The position numbers and the translations under genes were made by a program. 64,000 nucleotides of DNA, taken from an uncultured delta proteobacterium (lineage in GTDB: Bacteria > Myxococcota_A > Polyangia > Polyangiales > Polyangiaceae). This document shows positions 51,067 through 58,219 of this stretch, in pieces (within the stretch, counting starts at the first letter, position 1; each line of letters opens with the position of its first letter). The stretch lies in contig CAVOKF010000008.1 in the NCBI GenBank assembly GCA_963696385.1, forward strand, positions 32,001-96,000. Reading direction: 5' to 3'. Under the pieces are notes generated by a model. The model made no database searches. It was given only the letters and a program-made list of their open reading frames with translations, and was not told the origin of the DNA.

Positions 51067-51912
51067 ATGAAGCCGCACTATCTCGTTGTTTTGGGCACGT
51101 TCAGCCTTATAGGCAGCGGGCTCGTCCTTCAGGCCTGCAGCAGCACCCAGAGCAACGAAGGGCCGAGCGATTCGGGGACGCCGGACAGCACGACGATGGC
51201 GGAGACGGGCGTCACGACCCCCGATTCGTCGTCCGATGGGTCGTCACCCGACGCAGGCGATGCGTCCGTGACCGATGCGGCAGCCCTCGACGCCCCGCCG
51301 GACACGGTCGGCGTCACGAGCGACGCGGCCGAGGGCGGCGGGTTGTGCGTCGCGTTCGACGCCGGCCCGCTCGACGAAGCATCGGTCGCCGCAGGTCTCG
51401 CGTTCATCGAGAACACGGGGCGCTGCTACCATTGCCACCAGACGGACACGAGCGCGGATGCGGCGATCGTGCTGTCGGGCAACGACGCTTCCATCAGCGA
51501 CAGCGGTCCGGTCTACCCGCCGAACTTGACGCCCGATCTCGCGACCGGACTCGGCTGCTGGAGCAATGAGCAAATTGCCAATGCCATTCTTTACGGCGTG
51601 GATCCCGGCGACGGAGGCCCATTCTGCGTGATGCCGACGTTCGGCTTGCCCAAAACGAATCCGGACGGAAGTGTCTCGCCGGCGGAACTGACCGACGCGT
51701 CGGTCGGCAACGTGATCGAGTTCTTGCGCAGCTTGGCTCCCGTCGACAACCAGGTTCCCGCCACCGTCTGCCCCGCCTCCGCACCCGCCGATTCGGGCAC
51801 CTCCGACGCGGCCGATGCCGGCGACGCGGCCAATGCCGGCGACGCGGCCAATGCCGGCGACGCGGCCGATGCCGGCGACGCGGGCGATGCCGCCGACGCA
51901 TCCGGCGGTTAG
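51067..51912 (+). CDS. Monoheme c-type cytochrome lipoprotein
   Basis: Lipobox LQAC; CYHCH; YPPNLTPD..TGLG.W; VMP as likely axial Met. Confidence 0.82.
   Translation: MKPHYLVVLGTFSLIGSGLVLQACSSTQSNEGPSDSGTPDSTTMAETGVTTPDSSSDGSSPDAGDASVTDAAALDAPPDTVGVTSDAAEGGGLCVAFDAGPLDEASVAAGLAFIENTGRCYHCHQTDTSADAAIVLSGNDASISDSGPVYPPNLTPDLATGLGCWSNEQIANAILYGVDPGDGGPFCVMPTFGLPKTNPDGSVSPAELTDASVGNVIEFLRSLAPVDNQVPATVCPASAPADSGTSDAADAGDAANAGDAANAGDAADAGDAGDAADASGG
51805..51900 (+). repeat. Intragenic 18-bp repeat (DAA[D/N]AG) x5
   Basis: gacgcggcc(g/a)atgccggc units at 51805, 51823, 51841, 51859 and 51877. Confidence 0.85.
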
Positions 51913-51940
51913 CCTGAAGTTCCTGGCGGGGAACTTCAGG
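51913..51940. terminator. Stem-loop after cytochrome gene, between convergent genes
   Basis: 11-bp stem cctgaagttcc/ggaacttcagg; no U-tract. Confidence 0.5.
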
Positions 51941-52020
51941 TTAGCCCAGTTGGGCTCGTTGGTCCGTTCCCTAAAGTACGCCGCCCCAGAACAAAGAGAT
52001 CAGCCGGGGGGTGTACTTCA

Positions 52021-52064
52021 ATCGTCGGGAGGCGATTGGGGGTTTGGGGCGAACAAGGAAATCA
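52021..52064. repeat. REP-like palindromic element, copy 2
   Basis: atcgtcgggaggcgattgggggtttggggcgaacaaggaaatca matches 10182-10229. Confidence 0.75.
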
Positions 52065-52213
52065 TCTTAGGACAGCGCCTGCGCCGCTGTTTCCCCTTCC
52101 CCTGACGGGGTGCGCCGGACATCCACGCCCCCGGCCAGTGTTGTGCCCCGACGGGGACGCCGGGACGTTCACGCCCCCGGAGAGGAGGATCGGGCGCTCG
52201 CCCTCTTCGTCGA

Positions 52214-53146
52214 TCACTCTGCGGGTGGACGCGCCAGCTCGCCGTCCAGGGCCGAACCCATCCAGTCCTCGTCTTGGCCTTCTTCGGGGAGAAGCAGCGG
52301 GGACCCGTCGTAGCGTACGCGCCGTCCATGAAGGAAGAACGCCTGCACGAGATACATGGCGAACGACCGACGTTGGAGTGCCGGATGAATGTGGGGCGCG
52401 ATGAGAGCGGCGTGCTCGTCCGCAAGGCGGCTCCAGTGGAGCCCCGGGTTCATATGATGCATCCCATGAAAGCCGTTGTTGAAATGAAACCAGTTGAAGA
52501 CCCTACCAACGAAGTTCCGTGAATGGTTGTAGCGATGATCGGTGTCGCAGCCGTCATGCCAAAGAAAGTTGACCGTGGTGATGCCCCAAACCGCGCTCAA
52601 ATGCGGGACGAAGACGAAGAGGAGCGCTTTCTCCCAATCGACGAAGAGAAGCGCGATCTTGACGCCCCAGGCGAGCATCAGCTGCGCATGGCGCTCGGCG
52701 TACCAGTCGCGTCGCGCCTGCTTCGCGAACCTGACGTACTTGGCGTTTGCCCGCACGACATCGAACGCCACCGCCGGGAAGAAGGAGAGCAGACCGACGA
52801 GATTCCACGATGAGCGAACTTTCGTCGTGCGCATCACGTCTCGGCGTTGCTGGACATAGCGGTGGTGGCTCAGGTTGTGCCCGGGAACGTACTCGTTGAC
52901 GGGAAAGCCGTAGGTCAACGAGAGCACCGCGCGAGTCAGGCGGTTGAGCCGCGCGGATCGCCAGAGCGGCACGTGCACCACGTTGTGAGTGATGACGGCG
53001 TTGATCCACGATATCCAGCACATGAAGGCGCACGCAGCGCACGTGGGCAAGCCTCGCGCCACAGGCAAGTGCCACGCGTAGCCGAGCGCCACGAAATACA
53101 TCGCGACGAAGGCCACGGTACGGAGATCGCTGCGGTAGCGGAGCAC
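52214..53146 (-). CDS. Membrane fatty acid desaturase family protein
   Basis: His boxes HNVVH, HNLSHH, HGMHH; WHDG..SRN. Confidence 0.9.
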   Translation of the reverse strand: MLRYRSDLRTVAFVAMYFVALGYAWHLPVARGLPTCAACAFMCWISWINAVITHNVVHVPLWRSARLNRLTRAVLSLTYGFPVNEYVPGHNLSHHRYVQQRRDVMRTTKVRSSWNLVGLLSFFPAVAFDVVRANAKYVRFAKQARRDWYAERHAQLMLAWGVKIALLFVDWEKALLFVFVPHLSAVWGITTVNFLWHDGCDTDHRYNHSRNFVGRVFNWFHFNNGFHGMHHMNPGLHWSRLADEHAALIAPHIHPALQRRSFAMYLVQAFFLHGRRVRYDGSPLLLPEEGQDEDWMGSALDGELARPPAE

Positions 53147-53206
53147 CGGGGGGGGTTCCCAAGAAGGATCGACCTACCGAAGAAGCACGAAGAAGGCCCA
53201 GCAACT

Positions 53207-53227
53207 TGGTGCGAACGGAGGGATTGA
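53207..53227 (-). repeat. Displaced copy of tRNA-Leu 3' end (att-like scar, with CCA)
   Basis: Minus strand TCAATCCCTCCGTTCGCACCA versus tRNA TCAAGTCCCTCCGTTCGCACA. Confidence 0.8.
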
Positions 53228-53264
53228 GAAACGCCGCTTGAGCCGCTCACTTTTAATCAGTCCA

Positions 53265-53419
53265 CCACTCTTTCGCAAGCCGGGACGAGGCACCTGGCAA
53301 CACCTCAGAGCCGAAAGACGAGAGCCCACTCTTTCGCAAGCCGGGTCGAGGCACCTGGCAACACCTCAGAGCCGAAAGACGCGAGCCCACTCTTTTCGCA
53401 AGCCGGGTCGAGGCACCTG
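53265..53419. repeat. 61-bp tandem repeat, ~2.5 copies, downstream of tRNA-Leu
   Basis: Units start at 53265, 53326 and 53387 (ccactctttcgcaagccgggtcgaggcacctg...). Confidence 0.9.
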
Positions 53420-53442
53420 CGGACCTTGCTAACGAAGTCTTG

Positions 53443-53526
53443 TGCGAACGGAGGGACTTGAACCCTCACGAGAGTTACCCCGCCAGAACCTGAATCTGGT
53501 GCGTCTGCCAATTCCGCCACGTTCGC
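53443..53526 (-). tRNA. tRNA-Leu (CAG)
   Basis: Acceptor GCGAACG/CGTTCGC, D-loop GGAATTGGCAGAC, anticodon stem CCAGA-TTCAGGT-TCTGG, long variable arm, T-loop TTCAAGT; CCA not encoded. Confidence 0.96.
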
Positions 53527-53573
53527 ACGAAGCGTGGACACGGGTACTCGCTCGCGGAAATCACGTCAAGCGC

Positions 53574-53656
53574 CGCTCTGGGCCGTGATCGCGCGACGCG
53601 GCGCTCTGGGCCGTGATCGCGCGACGCGGCGCTCTGGGCCGTGATCGCGCGACGCG
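53574..53656. repeat. 28-bp tandem repeat x3 between tRNA-Leu and pyrC
   Basis: cgctctgggccgtgatcgcgcgacgcgg at 53574, 53602 and 53630. Confidence 0.9.
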
Positions 53657-53763
53657 CGGCTCGCCGTCCGGCGCGGACACAGTGGGGTGCCACCTCGGGA
53701 CGGCGCCGCGCCGGCGGTCGACGTGTGCCTCAGAGCTCGCTATACGCCCCCGACGTAGCGCTC

Positions 53764-55080
53764 ATGACGGACTGTCTCGTGTTTCGCCATGTGCGCGCCA
53801 TCGACCCGGCTGCCTCGCTCGACGGTGTCGTCGACGTCGTCGTCGAGCGCGGCCACATCACGCGGATCGGTCGGAACGCCGCGGCCGATCTCGTGCTGCC
53901 CAACGGTCTCGAGGGCCTGCGCGTCATCGAGCGCCCCGGCGCGTGGCTATGCCCGGGCCTTGTCGACTTGCACGCCCACTTGCGCGAGCCGGGCGCGGAG
54001 GGCAAGGAGAACGTCGCGAGCGGTCTGGGCGCGGCGGCCGCGGGCGGATTCGTGGACGTGTGCTGCATGCCCAACACGCGTCCGGTCAACGATTCGCGCG
54101 TGGTCACCGAGATGCTGGTCGGCAAGGCTCGATCGCTCGGAGGCGTGCGGCTTCACCCGATTGGTGCCATCACCCTGGGGCAGCTCGGCGAGCAGCTGAC
54201 GGAAATGGCCGACCTGAAGGACGCTGGAGCGGTGGCAGTGAGCGACGACGGCCGATGCGTCACGAACAGCCAGGTCATGCGGCGCGCGCTCGAGTACGCG
54301 TCGACGTTCGACATGACTCTCATCCAGCACGCCGAGGATCACGCGCTCACCGAGGGGGCCCAGATGCACGAGGGCGGGATCTCGACCCGACTCGGCCTGC
54401 GCGGCTGGCCACGCGTCGCCGAAGACATCATCGTCGCCCGGGACCTGCTGCTGGCCGAATACGTAGGGGCCCGATACCACGTCGCCCATGTGTCGACCGA
54501 AGGCGCCGTGCGACTCATCCGTGAGGCGAAAGGGCGCGGCATCGAGGTTACCGCGGAGGTGACGCCACACCACCTGATGCTGACCCACGAGGCCGTTCTC
54601 GGCTACGACACGGCGTGCAAGGTCAACCCGCCGCTGCGCGAGCACCGCGACGTCGAGGCCTTACGATGGGCCCTTGCCGATGGAACGATCGACTGCGTCG
54701 CCACCGACCACGCGCCACACGGGGTGTTGGACAAGAACGTCGAGTTCGCAGAAGCGGCGCCGGGCATGATCGGACTCGAGCTTTGTCTGCCGGTGCTGCT
54801 GGGGCTCGTGCGGGACGGCACCCTGCCTTTGGCCCGGCTGATGACCGCGCTCACCGTGGCTCCCGCCCGCGTGGCGCGGCTCGATCCGCCCACACTGCGG
54901 CAAGGCGCCCGGGCCGACCTCGTTCTCATCGACCCGGCGGAGCGCTGGGTCATCGACCCCGCCCGGCTGCGGACGCGCAGCCGCAACACCCCATTTGCGG
55001 GGCACGCGGTCGAAGGGCGAGTCGTCATGACCGTCTGCGACGGGCGTATCGTCCACGAGCGCACGGAGGCTGGAACGTGA
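53764..55080 (+). CDS. pyrC: Dihydroorotase
   Basis: DLHAHLREPG, MPNT, HAED, HVST, KVNPPLR, ATDHAPH. Confidence 0.96.
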   Translation: MTDCLVFRHVRAIDPAASLDGVVDVVVERGHITRIGRNAAADLVLPNGLEGLRVIERPGAWLCPGLVDLHAHLREPGAEGKENVASGLGAAAAGGFVDVCCMPNTRPVNDSRVVTEMLVGKARSLGGVRLHPIGAITLGQLGEQLTEMADLKDAGAVAVSDDGRCVTNSQVMRRALEYASTFDMTLIQHAEDHALTEGAQMHEGGISTRLGLRGWPRVAEDIIVARDLLLAEYVGARYHVAHVSTEGAVRLIREAKGRGIEVTAEVTPHHLMLTHEAVLGYDTACKVNPPLREHRDVEALRWALADGTIDCVATDHAPHGVLDKNVEFAEAAPGMIGLELCLPVLLGLVRDGTLPLARLMTALTVAPARVARLDPPTLRQGARADLVLIDPAERWVIDPARLRTRSRNTPFAGHAVEGRVVMTVCDGRIVHERTEAGT

Positions 55081-56225
55081 CCGACCCGACCCAACACGAT
55101 CGCGCTTGGCTGGTGCTCGCCGACGGTACGACTTTCGTGGGTCGTCCGTTCGGCGCACGCGGAGCGACGACAGGCGAAGCCGTGTTCACCACGACTTGGA
55201 CCGGATACCAAGAGGTGCTCACCGACCCTTCCTATTACGGTCAGATTGTCACGATGACCGCGCCGGAGATCGGCAACGTCGGGACCAACAGCGAGGATAC
55301 GGAAGCCGTTTCGGAAGTGCCACGCGTGGCGGGGTTCGTCGTGCGGGACGCCAGCCCCATCGCATCGAACTGGCGATCGCAAGAGAGCCTCGACGCCTAC
55401 CTCGCGAGGACGGGCGTCGTCGGCATCGCGGACGTCGATACCCGCAAGCTCACCCGTCACTTGCGCGATGTCGGCTCTCAGAACGCCGCGATCGGAACGT
55501 CCTCGCCCGAGCAGCTCTTGCGCAGCGCACGGCAGGCTCCGGACATGAATGGGCTCGACTTGGTGCGGTTCGTGACGCCCAAGCAGCCCTATTCATGGAC
55601 CGAGGGACGCGGAGAATGGGCCACCGCTGCAACGCGTCCCCCGGAACACCATGTCGTCGTCATCGACTACGGAATCAAACGCAACATTTTGCGATGCTTG
55701 ACCGACGCGGGATGCCGCCTGACGGTTCTGCCGGCCTCCGCGACGGCGAGCGAAGTGCTGTCGTACCGGCCCGACGGAGTCTTTCTGTCGAACGGCCCAG
55801 GCGACCCGGGCGCGTTGGATTATGCGGTCGAGACCATTCGGGGCGTGCTCGGAATTCGTCCGCTATTCGGTATTTGTCTCGGCCATCAACTCCTCGCTCG
55901 GGCTCTCGGCGCGAAGACCTACAAGCTGAAGTTCGGTCACCGAGGCGCCAACCAGCCGGTCAAGGATCTGACGACTGGACGGATCGAAATCACCACGCAA
56001 AATCACGGCTTCTGCGTCGATCTTGCCACGATGCCCTCCCCTATCCAATCGACGCACATCCATTTGAACGACGGCACGTCCGAGGGGCTCGCCGCCCCGT
56101 CGCTACGAGCGTTCAGCGTACAGTACCATCCGGAGGCCGCCGCCGGCCCGCACGACGCCCTGTACATGTTCGACCGGTTCATCGACTCGATGTCGGCGCC
56201 CGCCGGCCAGCGGGACGCGCGATGA
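55077..56225 (+). CDS. carA: Carbamoyl-phosphate synthase small subunit
   Basis: GYQEVLTDPSY.GQ, SNGPGDP, GICLGHQ, QYHPE. Confidence 0.97.
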   Translation: MTDPTQHDRAWLVLADGTTFVGRPFGARGATTGEAVFTTTWTGYQEVLTDPSYYGQIVTMTAPEIGNVGTNSEDTEAVSEVPRVAGFVVRDASPIASNWRSQESLDAYLARTGVVGIADVDTRKLTRHLRDVGSQNAAIGTSSPEQLLRSARQAPDMNGLDLVRFVTPKQPYSWTEGRGEWATAATRPPEHHVVVIDYGIKRNILRCLTDAGCRLTVLPASATASEVLSYRPDGVFLSNGPGDPGALDYAVETIRGVLGIRPLFGICLGHQLLARALGAKTYKLKFGHRGANQPVKDLTTGRIEITTQNHGFCVDLATMPSPIQSTHIHLNDGTSEGLAAPSLRAFSVQYHPEAAAGPHDALYMFDRFIDSMSAPAGQRDAR

Positions 56226-57628
56226 GAGAGCGCACCGTTCATTTCGTCAGCCTCGGATGCGTGAAAAACCGCGTAGACACCGAGGTCATGCTCGGGGTCG
56301 CCGGCCGCGAAGGCTGGCGAATCGTCTCCGAGGCCGGCGTGGCCGAAGTCATCGTCGTCAATACCTGCGGGTTTATCGGCGAGGCGAAGAAAGAGTCGAT
56401 CGACACGATCCTCGAGATGGCGGAGTACAAGCGCGTCGGCGCATGCAAGAAACTGGTGGTCACCGGCTGCCTGGCCCAGCGGTATGCGGCGGATCTCGCC
56501 GCCAAGATCCCCGAGATTGACCATTTGTTGGGGTCGAGCGACATGCTCAAGCTCGAACGCGTTCTCGCCGGAGACGCCGAGCGGATGCTGGTCGGCAACC
56601 CGGCCGACTGGCTGCTCCGGGCTACGGACCCCCGGATCCTGACGCAATCGAGGGCCAGCGCATGGCTCAAGATCGCCGAAGGTTGCAATCGCACCTGCGC
56701 CTTCTGCGTGATTCCTCAGATTCGCGGAAAACAGCGATCGCGAACGATGGACGACATCGTTGCGGAGGCCGAGCGCTTGGCCGCGGGGGGCGCCATCGAA
56801 TTGAACCTGGTGTCGCAAGACACGGTGGCGTGGGGGCGCGACCGGCCCGCGGCCGAGCGCATCCCGCTCGCCGAGCTCGTTCGACGCGTCGCGGACGTGC
56901 AAGGCGTTCGTTGGGTGCGCCTCTTCTACCTGTACCCCGAGACCCTGGACGACGCGCTGATCGAGCTCTTGGCCCACCATCCGAAGGTGGTTCGTTACGT
57001 CGACATGCCGCTGCAGCACGCCTCGGACGCCATGCTCCAACGAATGCGCCGCGGCCACGGCAAAGACCGCCAGCGTCAGGTCGTCGAGCGGCTGCGGCAG
57101 CAGGTACCCGGGCTGACCTTCCGTACGGCGTTCATCGTCGGTCATCCCGGCGAGACCCAAGAGGACTTCGACGAGCTTTGCGCGTTCGTCGAATGGGCGC
57201 GGTTCGAACATGCCGTCGTCTTCCGCTACTCGGACGAGGAGACCTGTGCCGCCCACGGCATGCACAAAAAGGTATCTCCGCTCGTGACCGCCAACCGGGC
57301 TCGCAAGCTGATGGCGTTGCAGCGAGGCATCGCGCGAGAAAAGAACCGGGATCTCATCGGCCGCGAGCTCGAGGTGCTCGTGGAAGGTCCGAGCGACGAG
57401 CACGATCTCGTGATGAAGGGTCGTCATGCGGGTCAGGCGCCCGAGATCGACGGAAGCGTGTACCTGAGCGACGGGGAGGCCCACGCCGGCCAGATGCGGC
57501 GCGTACGCATCGTCCAAGCGAGCGACTGGGACTTGGTCGGCGAACTGCTCGACGAAGCCACTGCTCCTGCTGCCAAGCGCGTCACGCTGAGGGTCGTCTC
57601 GGGCGCCGGGGACGCTACGGCAGATTGA
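56222..57628 (+). CDS. rimO: Ribosomal protein S12 methylthiotransferase
   Basis: SLGCVKNRVD, NTCGFI, GCLAQRY, CNRTCAFC, QAPEIDG TRAM region. Confidence 0.95.
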   Translation: MRERTVHFVSLGCVKNRVDTEVMLGVAGREGWRIVSEAGVAEVIVVNTCGFIGEAKKESIDTILEMAEYKRVGACKKLVVTGCLAQRYAADLAAKIPEIDHLLGSSDMLKLERVLAGDAERMLVGNPADWLLRATDPRILTQSRASAWLKIAEGCNRTCAFCVIPQIRGKQRSRTMDDIVAEAERLAAGGAIELNLVSQDTVAWGRDRPAAERIPLAELVRRVADVQGVRWVRLFYLYPETLDDALIELLAHHPKVVRYVDMPLQHASDAMLQRMRRGHGKDRQRQVVERLRQQVPGLTFRTAFIVGHPGETQEDFDELCAFVEWARFEHAVVFRYSDEETCAAHGMHKKVSPLVTANRARKLMALQRGIAREKNRDLIGRELEVLVEGPSDEHDLVMKGRHAGQAPEIDGSVYLSDGEAHAGQMRRVRIVQASDWDLVGELLDEATAPAAKRVTLRVVSGAGDATAD

Positions 57629-57977
57629 CCTGAAGCAGCTCCGGCGGGCTGCTCAGATCCCCGTACTCCTGCCAGATGGCGAGCACATCGCCGTTGTGAG
57701 CGTAGACTTGCACCTGCCAACGACCGGTGTCATCGGCTCGGGTGACCACGCCGACCTGGTCGGCGGTCAGGGTGGGGTTTTGGTTCTCGATCACGATGAG
57801 CGCGTCTGGCTCGGCCCCGCCATACGTATCGGAGACGAGGTCGACGTGATCGGCGTCGGATCCGGCCGTGACGGTGGGAAGCGCCGGCGGCGGCAGCGGA
57901 AGCGTCGGGCTCGCACACGCCCACACCGCCGCAGCAACCGCAACGAAGAAGCCGATAGGAAAGAGGCGCCGGAGCAT
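57615..57977 (-). CDS. Small lipoprotein
   Basis: Signal peptide with VWAC lipobox; beta-rich acidic mature domain. Confidence 0.75.
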   Translation of the reverse strand: MLRRLFPIGFFVAVAAAVWACASPTLPLPPPALPTVTAGSDADHVDLVSDTYGGAEPDALIVIENQNPTLTADQVGVVTRADDTGRWQVQVYAHNGDVLAIWQEYGDLSSPPELLQVNLP

Positions 57978-58219
57978 CGGTGTAAACTCCGTGGCGAGTC
58001 GGGTCAATCTCGCTAGCATGTTCTGGGCCGCGACGCTTTTCAGGCCATCGTAGGGCCCGGGGTTGCGCCGTAACGTCAACGCGGTTGCCACCCCGCCCAT
58101 CCGGTAGACAGCCGCACGAGGATCTTGGACCCGAGGGCCCGTAGGGGATACTCGGGCAAGAAACGAAGCGCGCGGCGCCCGAGCCATTCGCCTCACGAAA
58201 CGAACCCACGACAATCGCC

